From NCBI GenBank assembly GCA_030018435.1, contig JASEEY010000001.1, positions 83,641 through 147,640 of the forward strand: DNA of 64,000 nt. Direction: 5' to 3'. The translations under genes and the position numbers were made by a program. Positions within the stretch are counted from its first letter, which is position 1. Every line of letters begins with the position of its first letter. Below, one piece after another: positions 50,457-59,446 of the stretch. The stretch comes from Methanocellales archaeon. Its GTDB lineage: Archaea; Halobacteriota; UBA148; JAUWXC01. The notes beneath the pieces are model-generated. The model was given only the letters and a program-made list of their open reading frames with translations, ran no database searches and was not told the DNA's origin.

Positions 50457-51028
50457 GAACTGCTGAGGTGGAAAGAAGGACAAAGGAAACCGGCATCAAA
50501 ATCTCTTTGAACGTAGATGGAAAAGGGGATTACGACATAAACACGGGCATAAAATTCTTTGACCATCTACTTTCAAGTTTTGCCAAGCACGGATTGTTTG
50601 ATTTGAACATAAAAGCGTCTGGAGACAATGAGCACCACATAGTGGAAGACGTTGCTCTTTCGCTTGGAAAGGCTTTTAAGGATGCTCTGGGGGATAAAGC
50701 GGGCATAAGGCGGTTTGGATTTGCCATGACTCCCATGGATGACGCGCTCGTATTGGTTTCAGTTGACATCAGCGGCAGAAGTCATTGCGCTCTGGACATG
50801 GATTTCAAGAGAAAGAACATTGAAGGTCTGAGCGTTGAGATGATCCCTCACTTCATTGAAACGTTTGTTTCCGAGTTCAAGATAAATCTCCATGCAAAAC
50901 TGCTGGATGGAAAGAACGACCATCATAAGAGCGAGGCGTTATTCAAGGCGCTGGCGATAGCCTTGGATAATGCCACCCAGATAGACCCACGAAGAAAAGG
51001 TGTGCCCAGTATAAAAGGGATGTTGTGA
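50453..51028 (+). CDS. hisB: Imidazoleglycerol-phosphate dehydratase
   Basis: R.TKET, HHIVED, PMDDAL, NDHH..EA.FKA. Confidence 0.95.
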   Translation: MRTAEVERRTKETGIKISLNVDGKGDYDINTGIKFFDHLLSSFAKHGLFDLNIKASGDNEHHIVEDVALSLGKAFKDALGDKAGIRRFGFAMTPMDDALVLVSVDISGRSHCALDMDFKRKNIEGLSVEMIPHFIETFVSEFKINLHAKLLDGKNDHHKSEALFKALAIALDNATQIDPRRKGVPSIKGML

Positions 51029-51052
51029 GGTCCAGGATTTTCCAAAAGGGTT

Positions 51053-51418
51053 TCACATCTGCGATTTCACTATCTCTTTTGTCCCTCTAATGGCCTCTTT
51101 TGCATCCTCTATCGCAAGCTCTGCATCCTTCATGGTTATCGCAAGGGGATCGTCGTAGGTATCTCTATGGATTCTCCTTAGGTCATTATAAATACCCAGA
51201 AGTACTGTCTCAGATGGATAATAGCGTAGTAGTAATTCACCAATTCGCTTATGGTCAAAAATCTTTTGTATTCCTTTCTCTTCTGGCAGGGCTTGGATGC
51301 ATTCTGATACTGCAAGCCAGCATTGGGAGATCATACCGGCAGGCCATCCTCCATGCTGGCGAAGTCTAATGGCATCGTCTAAGTACGCATCGGCCGCTCT
51401 GATATATCTATTCTCCAT
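51053..51418 (-). CDS. HEPN-domain toxin (MNT-HEPN pair)
   Basis: All-helical 121 aa with R...Y pattern, coupled downstream of the MNT gene. Confidence 0.7.
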   Translation of the reverse strand: MENRYIRAADAYLDDAIRLRQHGGWPAGMISQCWLAVSECIQALPEEKGIQKIFDHKRIGELLLRYYPSETVLLGIYNDLRRIHRDTYDDPLAITMKDAELAIEDAKEAIRGTKEIVKSQM

Positions 51419-51947
51419 ACAATATCTTCCCCTTCAGCAGAAACCTCCTAGAACGGTCAACATCCTTCTTGGGAATCACCTCTAGGTGGATATCTCTGTT
51501 TATCATTTTCTCAAGTTCAGACAAAATATTGATAATTTTCTTGTAAGTAGCATATTTTGATAATTTCGATATAACAGAAATGTCTATATCGCTGTTTGGC
51601 CTGGCCGTTCCTTTGTAAGTACTTCCAAACCAGATGATCTTTTCGATATACTCCTTGGGCAATCTTTCTGCAATGAACCTCGCTGTTATTTCCTCCTCCT
51701 TCTTCATAGTAGAGGTGATGAGAGCAGCTGCTGGGTGCTTCCTGTTTATCCTTATCCTCCAGTTTTTCATACTTTTATCAATTGAAACAACACCAAGTTT
51801 TTCTAATTCAAGCAACCCTTCATAAATCACTTTTTTAGACATGCCACATAGCTCAGCTAACCTTGAAAGTGACTCGACATCATTTTCAGCTAAAGATTTG
51901 AGTATTCTAATCCTAGATTTATTGCCTAAGACATTTTCTAATATCAT
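51408..51947 (-). CDS. wHTH-fused minimal nucleotidyltransferase antitoxin
   Basis: N-terminal HTH; FGS..KG.A...SDID. Confidence 0.85.
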   Translation of the reverse strand: MILENVLGNKSRIRILKSLAENDVESLSRLAELCGMSKKVIYEGLLELEKLGVVSIDKSMKNWRIRINRKHPAAALITSTMKKEEEITARFIAERLPKEYIEKIIWFGSTYKGTARPNSDIDISVISKLSKYATYKKIINILSELEKMINRDIHLEVIPKKDVDRSRRFLLKGKILYGE

Positions 51948-51948
51948 C

Positions 51949-51964
51949 GTTTACTTTAGTAAAC
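51949..51964. promoter_or_regulatory. Palindromic operator GTTTACT-TT-AGTAAAC
   Basis: Perfect 7-bp inverted repeat just upstream of the HTH-MNT ATG; TATA-like sequence at 51971-51980. Confidence 0.6.
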
Positions 51965-52032
51965 AAAATAGTATAAATAAGTTTTGAAACAAAGTTATAT
52001 GTCAAACCGCACCTACTAAGAAGTGAGTTCCA

Positions 52033-53700
52033 ATGAACAAAAAAGTTCTCGTAACGACTGCATGGCCCTATGCCAACGGACCTTTACATTTAGGACATTT
52101 GGCCGGCTCTTATCTACCGGCAGACATCTTTGCCAGATATAACAGGATGATCGGAAACGAGACGCTGATGGTGTCGGGAACGGATGAACATGGAACGCCA
52201 ATATCGGTGCAGGCGGATAAGGAGGGATGCGCACCCAAAGAAATTGTCGACAAATATCACAAGGTCATCAAGCGCTCATTGGAAGACATTGGCTGCTCCT
52301 ATGATTTGTTCACACGGACTACGACGGATAACCACCGCAAAACGGTACAGGAGTTCTTTCTGACGTTATTCGAGAACGGCTACATCTATGAAAAAGATAT
52401 GGAGTTATACTACTGCCCTAAGTGCAGGAGATTTTTGCCAGACAGGTATGTAGAAGGCACATGTCCAAAATGTGGCGCTGAAGAGGCAAGAGGTGATCAG
52501 TGCGATGCATGCGGCAGGACGCTTGAATCTACAGAGCTTATAAACCCGCGCTGTAAACATTGCGGGTCTGCTCCAGAAATACGAGAGAGAACACATTACT
52601 TCTTTAAACTCTCCGCGTTTCAAGATAGACTCATAAAATGGATAGAATCAAAGAGGGATGTGTGGCGTCCTAACGTATATCAATTCACCATCAACTGGCT
52701 AAAAGAGGGGTTGCGAGATCGGCCTATAACACGTGACCTAGAGTGGGGCATCCCTATGCCGATTAAGGGGGCCGAAGACAAGGTTATATATGTGTGGTTC
52801 GAAGCGGTCATCGGTTATCTCTCTGCGACGAAGGAATATTTCATCAACAAAGGCTGTCCAGATGGATGGATTGATTGGTGGAAAACTCCTGATACCGAGA
52901 CATACTACTTCATCGGAAAGGACAACATTCCTTTTCATACGATCATATGGCCAGCGATGTTGTTAGCTCATGGTGGACTAAATCTCCCGACAAATGTGCC
53001 CGCAAACGAATTCTTAAACCTTGAAGGGGAAAAGTTCTCTACCAGCAAGGGCTATGCAGTCTGGCTTGATGAATATCTAGAACATTTTGCTCCAGACCCG
53101 CTGCGATATTGTTTGTCGATCAACATGCCAGAGTCCAAGGATGCAGACTTCTCTTGGGATGAGTTTCAACGAAGAAATAATGAAGAGCTCGTGTCGACAT
53201 TGGGCAACTTCGTGCACAGGGTGCTGACGTTTATCGACCGCTTCTATGATGGCATCATACCAAGACCAAGTACTCTGGACCCAAGGGATAAATCCGTACT
53301 AAGGGACATCAGCAAAACGGTGGACGTCGTTGGAAAGCACATCCAAAACTGTGAGTTCAAGAAGGCCATGGCAAGTGTGATGAGTTTGGCATCGCTTGGC
53401 AACCAGTACTTCAACGAGAAGGAGCCCTGGAAAACTGATAAAAAAGCTGGTGCGAGCACGCTTTACGTGAGTGCATGCGTCGTGAGGTCTTTATCCATCC
53501 TGATGGTACCATTCCTGCCTTTTTCAGCGCAAAAACTTTGGAACATGCTGGGCTACGGCGACTCTGTTCACGAACAGCAGTGGAGCTCTGCAAAAGAACC
53601 TGTTACATCGCAACCCATAAAAGATGTAGCGCCGCTGTTCAAAATGCTTGGAGACGAAGATATCGCAGAACAAAAAGCCAAGTTAGAAGCCATAAAATGA
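52033..53700 (+). CDS. metG: Methionyl-tRNA synthetase (no C-terminal Trbp domain)
   Basis: PYANG.LHLGH, GTDEHG, Zn knuckles, YVWFEA, GKDN, KFSTS. Confidence 0.96.
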   Translation: MNKKVLVTTAWPYANGPLHLGHLAGSYLPADIFARYNRMIGNETLMVSGTDEHGTPISVQADKEGCAPKEIVDKYHKVIKRSLEDIGCSYDLFTRTTTDNHRKTVQEFFLTLFENGYIYEKDMELYYCPKCRRFLPDRYVEGTCPKCGAEEARGDQCDACGRTLESTELINPRCKHCGSAPEIRERTHYFFKLSAFQDRLIKWIESKRDVWRPNVYQFTINWLKEGLRDRPITRDLEWGIPMPIKGAEDKVIYVWFEAVIGYLSATKEYFINKGCPDGWIDWWKTPDTETYYFIGKDNIPFHTIIWPAMLLAHGGLNLPTNVPANEFLNLEGEKFSTSKGYAVWLDEYLEHFAPDPLRYCLSINMPESKDADFSWDEFQRRNNEELVSTLGNFVHRVLTFIDRFYDGIIPRPSTLDPRDKSVLRDISKTVDVVGKHIQNCEFKKAMASVMSLASLGNQYFNEKEPWKTDKKAGASTLYVSACVVRSLSILMVPFLPFSAQKLWNMLGYGDSVHEQQWSSAKEPVTSQPIKDVAPLFKMLGDEDIAEQKAKLEAIK

Positions 53701-53702
53701 AG

Positions 53703-53912
53703 TGGCAAGACTCGGCCCTGGGAGTACTCATCGAGTAGATACGAGATCTGTCGGTTTTCGTCCTTTGGGTCTTTTTCCTGCGTGTTTCGCCTCAACGCCT
53801 TACTGCCAAAGTGTTTAGTTGTGCCCTCCCTTGGTTGTTAACCCAAGTTTCTGCACGACAGCTGCCATCCGTAGATGACAGGTTAGCTTTCTTCGCAGGC
53901 TTCATCTCGCCA
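53703..53912 (-). ncRNA. Putative ~210-nt structured non-coding RNA, family not recognised
   Basis: Terminal stem UGGCGAGAU/GUCUUGCCA; hairpin CUGUCAUC-UACG-GAUGGCAG; nested helices; G-U wobbles only on the minus strand; TTTTAATG box at 53932-53939. Confidence 0.7.
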
Positions 53913-54015
53913 ATCATCCATAGTCTTATCCCATTAAAAAAATTTTGGTAAAGATTCTGGTATAGAATCTGATAACAAAAGAATTAGATATGTTTTATTA
54001 CACACTCAATACAAG

Positions 54016-54558
54016 ATGTTGATTATGTTGGTGTCCATAGAGTTCGGTGACAGCTATCCAGATATCGCCAAGTTTGATATCTCCAAGGCCGACCAAGTGG
54101 TATCCTCGATAGAGATGGGCACAGATGACATCACCATGACCTGTACCCAAGGCAAAATCGCGATATGGTTTGGGAAAAAGACACCAGAGAATTTGATCAA
54201 GCACATTTTAACTGGAATCTCCAACGTCGACTCTTCTGTGACGCATGAAATGGAGGTCATCTGCGATTTTAACGATATTGAGAAATACGAAGGCAAAGAA
54301 TACATCCTGGTCTCATATGCAAAGACCAGGGGGGGATATAGGGCGATATTTAACATACCGTTCTCAAAAAGAGAGGCATTAGACCATCTTGCTGACGCCA
54401 TCTTGGAGCAGCTTCAGCAGAGGCCCGTTCATAAGGATTTATTCTGGAATAGCGGTGCCGCAAAGATCATGCTGCTCTTCGACGAGTTAAGCGATATAGA
54501 TGGTTGGCGAATCAAAAAGGTCGATTTCAGAAAAGACATAATGGCATCTGACGAGTGA
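54016..54558 (+). CDS. Hypothetical protein
   Basis: 180-aa ORF coupled to the downstream gene; no family recognised; start may be GTG near 54031. Confidence 0.7.
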   Translation: MLIMLVSIEFGDSYPDIAKFDISKADQVVSSIEMGTDDITMTCTQGKIAIWFGKKTPENLIKHILTGISNVDSSVTHEMEVICDFNDIEKYEGKEYILVSYAKTRGGYRAIFNIPFSKREALDHLADAILEQLQQRPVHKDLFWNSGAAKIMLLFDELSDIDGWRIKKVDFRKDIMASDE

Positions 54559-55349
54559 TGGGTTTGATCAGGATAGGCATAGCGGGGATTCCATTGGCAA
54601 AGAAGGGAAAAGGAGTGGAAGCTGGAATCCAGTACTTATCTGACGTTGGACTGGATGCAATGGAAGTTCAGTTTGTCAGGGGCATTTTTATGGATAGCGT
54701 TTCTGCGAAGAAGGCCGGTCAGCTGGCGAAGAAGGTGGGAATCGAGTTATCGGTGCATGCTCCCTACTACATAAATCTCGCATCCAAGAAAAAAGAAACG
54801 ATCGAAAAGAGCAAGAGATTTATCATTAATTCGGCAAAAATAGCAAGTGAGATGGGCGCAACCATCGTCGTATTCCATGCTGCTTATTACTTGAACGATA
54901 CATTTGCATTGGTTAGAGATGCCTGTGCAGAGATACGGAATGAGGTAAGCGACGACGTCTATCTTGGTATTGAGACGACAGGCAGACAAAACCAGTTTGG
55001 CACCCTTGATGAGATTGCAAGAATCATAACTGAGGTGGACAGAGTTGTTCCTGTGCTTGATTTTGCCCACATCCATGCCAGAGGTAACGGCTCATTGAGG
55101 CGGAAGGGAGACTTTGGTGCTATATTTGACAATTTTGGTCAAGCGAGGTTCCATATCCATTTCACCGGGGTGGAGTATTCAAAAGGCAATGAGAAAAAAC
55201 ACGCACCGTTAAACGACGAACCAAACTTTAGGCATCTGGCCGAGGTATTGGTCGATAGAGGATATGATGCCACGGTAATCTGTGAATCACCTTTATTAGA
55301 GAGAGATGCATTAAAGATGAAGGAGATCGTTACCGATGTCCGAGGATGA
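54555..55349 (+). CDS. Endonuclease IV-like TIM-barrel protein
   Basis: S.HAPYYINL, ETTG...QFG, DFAH.HAR, H.HF, ESP. Confidence 0.88.
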   Translation: MMGLIRIGIAGIPLAKKGKGVEAGIQYLSDVGLDAMEVQFVRGIFMDSVSAKKAGQLAKKVGIELSVHAPYYINLASKKKETIEKSKRFIINSAKIASEMGATIVVFHAAYYLNDTFALVRDACAEIRNEVSDDVYLGIETTGRQNQFGTLDEIARIITEVDRVVPVLDFAHIHARGNGSLRRKGDFGAIFDNFGQARFHIHFTGVEYSKGNEKKHAPLNDEPNFRHLAEVLVDRGYDATVICESPLLERDALKMKEIVTDVRG

Positions 55350-55944
55350 GAGCAAGGCGACGAGAAGCGTCAGATTGGCGATGAAGATGATAGGGACGCA
55401 TATCATCAAGACAGCAGAAACCGTCCAGGATGCCAAGGTAGATGAGATGATCGACCAGATTCTTCATGCTAAAAAGATCTTTGTGATGGGCGCCGGCAGA
55501 TCTGGTCTGGTTGGCAGGGCGTTTGCCATGCGATTGATGCATCTCGACCTGCCGGTATTTGTGGTCGGTGAGACTGTAACACCGGCTATAGAGGACGGTG
55601 ACGTTCTGATCACGATCTCTGGATCTGGAGAGACAAAATCCGTTGTTGAGCTTGCCATGGTTGGTAAGCAGTGCGGAGCCAAATTGATTTCGATTGTATC
55701 GAACCCAAGCTCTTCGCTGGCTAAAGTGTCCGATATAGTGGTCGAAGTGAAGGGACGGAGCAAAGCAGAGAAGATCGATTATTTGGAGCGCCAGGTGAGA
55801 GGTGAGCATTATACCCTGGCACCTTTAGGAACGCTCTTTGAAACCACGAGCTTGGTATTTCTGGACGGAGTGATCTCAGAGCTGATGAAGGTTACCAAAA
55901 GGGATGAGACATATCTCAGATTGCGGCACACCAGTTTGGAGTGA
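55336..55944 (+). CDS. hxlB: 6-phospho-3-hexuloisomerase
   Basis: GAGRSG, FAMRL.HL, ISGSGET, PLGTLFE, C-terminal RH.SLE. Confidence 0.93.
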   Translation: MSEDESKATRSVRLAMKMIGTHIIKTAETVQDAKVDEMIDQILHAKKIFVMGAGRSGLVGRAFAMRLMHLDLPVFVVGETVTPAIEDGDVLITISGSGETKSVVELAMVGKQCGAKLISIVSNPSSSLAKVSDIVVEVKGRSKAEKIDYLERQVRGEHYTLAPLGTLFETTSLVFLDGVISELMKVTKRDETYLRLRHTSLE

Positions 55945-57002
55945 GTACTATGAAAGAAATGAGAAATTTGCTGGAAAAGTTGTCAAATGCCCATGGGATC
56001 TCAGGATATGAGGGTGACATTAGCGCGCTGGTTAGGGATGAATTGAAATCGTACGTCGATGAGGTGAGGGTAGATTCGCTCGGGAATCTCATCGCCGCGA
56101 AAAAGGGATCGCGCCCCTCAGTCATGCTCGCTGCCCATATGGATGAGATTGGTCTAATGGTCAAGTGTGTTGAAGACTCTGGTTTTATCAGGTTTGCCAA
56201 GGTTGGCGGATGGTTTGACCAGACGTTGCTTAATCAGAGGGTAATTCTGCATGCGGAGAAGGGACCTTTGATTGGCGTCATCGGGTCCAAGCCGCCACAC
56301 AGAATGGAAGAAGAAGAGAGGAAGAAGGTGGTAAAAGCAGATGACATGTTTATCGATGTTGGCGCCTCCAGTAAAAAAGATGCCGAGAAACTGGGTATCA
56401 TCCCAGGAGTGCCAATAACCATCGATAGGGAGTTCCGCCCTTTGGCAAATGATTTAGTTACAGGCAAGGCATTCGACAACAGGGCAGGATTGGTCATGAT
56501 GATAGGGGCACTAAAGCGGACGAAGACGAAGTCAACGATATATGCTGTTGGTACCGTTCAAGAAGAGGTTGGGCTAAAAGGTGCAAAGACGTCTGCATTC
56601 GAGCTGAGCCCGGATGTGGCGCTGGCAGCGGAAATTACGATCGCTGGCAATCACCCGGGCATCGAGAAGAAGGATTCTGCCATCGAGATCGGCAAGGGGC
56701 CTTCGCTAACGGTGATGGATGCTGCCGGACGAGGCATCATCACACCAGCGCCCGTTTTGAGATGGTTGGAAGAGACGGCAAAGAGGCACGAGATTCCTTA
56801 CCAATTAGACGTTTCCGAAGGAGGCACGACGGACGCGACCGCGATTCAGCTTACGAAGGCAGGTATCCCCTCTGGAACGGTGAGCCTGCCGATGAGGTAT
56901 GCACACTCTCCGGTCGAGGTGCTCAGTCTGAAGGACCTGGACAGGTGTGCAGAACTGATAGCGCGTGCACTTGAGACCGTGGGCGGGTACTTTACGCGTT
57001 AG
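55941..57002 (+). CDS. M42 (TET) aminopeptidase
   Basis: AAHMDEIG, KAFDNR, VQEEVGL.GA, GGTTD, RY.HS. Confidence 0.93.
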   Translation: MSTMKEMRNLLEKLSNAHGISGYEGDISALVRDELKSYVDEVRVDSLGNLIAAKKGSRPSVMLAAHMDEIGLMVKCVEDSGFIRFAKVGGWFDQTLLNQRVILHAEKGPLIGVIGSKPPHRMEEEERKKVVKADDMFIDVGASSKKDAEKLGIIPGVPITIDREFRPLANDLVTGKAFDNRAGLVMMIGALKRTKTKSTIYAVGTVQEEVGLKGAKTSAFELSPDVALAAEITIAGNHPGIEKKDSAIEIGKGPSLTVMDAAGRGIITPAPVLRWLEETAKRHEIPYQLDVSEGGTTDATAIQLTKAGIPSGTVSLPMRYAHSPVEVLSLKDLDRCAELIARALETVGGYFTR

Positions 57003-57075
57003 CTTAAACGGAGTGCAAGGCTTAAAGATAAATGTTATAAACGAACAGCGTGGAATGAGGTAAGGAGGTGGCAAC

Positions 57076-57336
57076 TTGGCTAAAATTTCAGTCGTAAAGA
57101 GGGACGGGCGCTTAGAGGACTTCCAATTGAAGAAAATCATAAATGGATGTGTGCGTGCTGGTGCCCCTAAAGAGGTTGCCGAGAAGATCGCTGGCGAAAT
57201 CCAACAGAAGGCATACGATAGAATTCCCGCATCTGAAATAGGAAGGATGGTAGTGGACAAACTCAGGGCGAGGAGTCCAGCGGCGGCAAAAGCCTTTGAA
57301 AAGTACACGAAAGCGAAACACAAGAAAGCGAGATAA
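57076..57336 (+). CDS. Stand-alone ATP-cone domain protein
   Basis: VVKRDGR.E.F...KI. Confidence 0.82.
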   Translation: MAKISVVKRDGRLEDFQLKKIINGCVRAGAPKEVAEKIAGEIQQKAYDRIPASEIGRMVVDKLRARSPAAAKAFEKYTKAKHKKAR

Positions 57337-57363
57337 TCTTTTAACCTTTAAGAGGAACACATC

Positions 57364-59334
57364 ATGCAACTAACGTTATTCGCACCCATTATTAGCATAG
57401 CTGGCCTGATATTCGCTGCATTGTTAGCGCTGCGCGTTCTTAAAGAAGACATAGGAACGCCCAAGATGAAGGAGATTTCTGAAGCGATCCAGGAAGGGGC
57501 GATGGCGTTTTTAAACAGAGAGTACAAGACCATAGCGATCTTTGTCGTTGTGGTGGTAGCGGCAATCTTTGCAATAATAGATGCCAAGACGGCACTGGCG
57601 TTCGCCATTGGTGCACTCCTCTCGGCGTTGGCGGGAAACGTAGGCATGAGAGTCGCCACCAAGTCTAATGCGAGAACTGTCAATGCATGCAAGAAGAGTC
57701 TGAACGACGGGTTGAGGGTTGCATTTTCAAGTGGTGCGGTAATGGGACTATCGGTTGTGGGCCTTGGGCTACTGGGTGTCAGCGTTTTATATTACGTTTT
57801 CAGGGACCCTGGCATACTTTTCGGCTTCGGTTTTGGTGCCAGCTCCATTGCGCTTTTCGCCAGGGTAGGGGGCGGGATATACACCAAGGCCGCCGACGTA
57901 GGAGCGGATTTGGTTGGAAAAATCGAAGTGGGTATTCCCGAGGACGATCCTAGGAACCCAGCAGTCATTGCGGATAACGTTGGAGATAACGTCGGCGACG
58001 TAGCCGGCATGGGTGCAGATCTGTTCGAATCATACGTGGATTCCATCATCGCGGCGATGGCGATAGGCATCGTCGCGTACACTTCGTTTAAGCCTATGGC
58101 GTACACTGCAGAACTTCCGCTAGTGTTAGCAGCTGTGGGAATTTTTGCATCGATTGTTGGAACGTTCTTCGTGGGGGTTGGCAAGAGAGCGAACCTGCAC
58201 GCTGCACTTAACAAGGGCATATTTGCGAGCACCATTCTAATGGCGATCATGGCATACTTTGTGATCAAGATCATCATTGGCGACGTTGGCGTATTTTATG
58301 CAACGCTTGCCGGTTTGATTACAGGGATTTTAATCGGGCTAATCACGGAGTACTACACCTCCTCCGAAAACGCGCCGACGAGAGCAATTGCACACTCCTC
58401 GCAAACGGGTGCTGCAACTAACATCATCAGCGGACTGTCGATCGGCATGCAGAGTACAGTGGTGCCAATTGTTGCTGTATGCGTTGCCATCTTGCTTGCG
58501 CACCACTTCGCTGGATTGTATGGAATTGCGATTGCTGCTGTGGGAATGCTCTCCACATTGGGAATAACGCTCGCTGCCGATACATACGGGCCGGTGGCGG
58601 ACAATGCCGCAGGAATTGCAGAGATGGCGCATATGGGAAAAGAGATAAGGGAGAGGGCTGAAGCACTGGATGCGGTGGGAAATACAACCGCTGCTATTGG
58701 AAAGGGCTTTGCCATTGGCTCTGCTGCTCTTACTGCTCTAGCGCTATTTGTGACGTATTGTGCTGCCACCAATCTTCGGGGCATCGACATAATGAATCCA
58801 AGGGTTATAGTGGGCCTGTTCATAGGAGGTCTGCTGCCATTTTTGTTCTCCTCCATTACGATGAGGGCCGTCGGGAGAGCGGCATTTCAAATCGTTAACG
58901 AGGTGCGCAGGCAATTTAATGAAATCCCCGGTCTGATGGAGGGAAGGGCAAAACCAGATTATGCGAGATGTGTTGATATAAGTACGAGTGCGGCGCTGAA
59001 GGAAATGGTTGCTCCTGGCATATTGGCTGTTATAGCACCGATTGCCATAGGATTGACGCTTGGTGCAGAAGCGCTTGGCGGTCTGTTGACTGGCGCGATA
59101 GTCACGGGGTTTTTGCTTGCAGTCACGATGGCTAATGCTGGTGGCGCCTGGGATAACGCGAAAAAATACATTGAGGCTGGAAATTTGGGCGGCAAGGGCT
59201 CTCAGACGCATAAAGCTGCGGTAGTAGGTGATACGGTGGGCGATCCATTCAAAGACACATCCGGTCCATCACTGAACATCTTAATCAAGCTGATGTCTAT
59301 TGTCGCATTAGTCTTCGCTCCGTTGTTCATCTGA
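57364..59334 (+). CDS. hppA: Membrane pyrophosphatase, K+-dependent type (probably Na+-translocating)
   Basis: [41 protein letters not shown]. Confidence 0.95.
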   Translation: MQLTLFAPIISIAGLIFAALLALRVLKEDIGTPKMKEISEAIQEGAMAFLNREYKTIAIFVVVVVAAIFAIIDAKTALAFAIGALLSALAGNVGMRVATKSNARTVNACKKSLNDGLRVAFSSGAVMGLSVVGLGLLGVSVLYYVFRDPGILFGFGFGASSIALFARVGGGIYTKAADVGADLVGKIEVGIPEDDPRNPAVIADNVGDNVGDVAGMGADLFESYVDSIIAAMAIGIVAYTSFKPMAYTAELPLVLAAVGIFASIVGTFFVGVGKRANLHAALNKGIFASTILMAIMAYFVIKIIIGDVGVFYATLAGLITGILIGLITEYYTSSENAPTRAIAHSSQTGAATNIISGLSIGMQSTVVPIVAVCVAILLAHHFAGLYGIAIAAVGMLSTLGITLAADTYGPVADNAAGIAEMAHMGKEIRERAEALDAVGNTTAAIGKGFAIGSAALTALALFVTYCAATNLRGIDIMNPRVIVGLFIGGLLPFLFSSITMRAVGRAAFQIVNEVRRQFNEIPGLMEGRAKPDYARCVDISTSAALKEMVAPGILAVIAPIAIGLTLGAEALGGLLTGAIVTGFLLAVTMANAGGAWDNAKKYIEAGNLGGKGSQTHKAAVVGDTVGDPFKDTSGPSLNILIKLMSIVALVFAPLFI

Positions 59335-59380
59335 GTACCCAAAACTTGATATTTAGTAAAATCGATTTAGGTGCGGGTAC

Positions 59381-59435
59381 GCATTCGCTTTGCGAATGCT
59401 TAAGCCAAAGGCGTATGCGCAGCTTAAACGGAGTG
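59381..59435. repeat. Hairpin GCATTCGC-TTT-GCGAATGC plus dispersed motif AGCTTAAACGGAGTG
   Basis: 8-bp perfect stem at 59381-59399; 15-mer at 59421-59435 identical to 57001-57015. Confidence 0.7.
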
Positions 59436-59446
59436 TGTGAATAGAG

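Noticed and set aside
53703-53912. Canonical RNase P RNA, SRP RNA, tRNA or group II intron
   Set aside because: No GAGGAAAGUCC/ACAGAA P4 pairing, no SRP GGAA/AGCA helix-8 motif, no cloverleaf and no domain V. A formal Rfam search is still needed.
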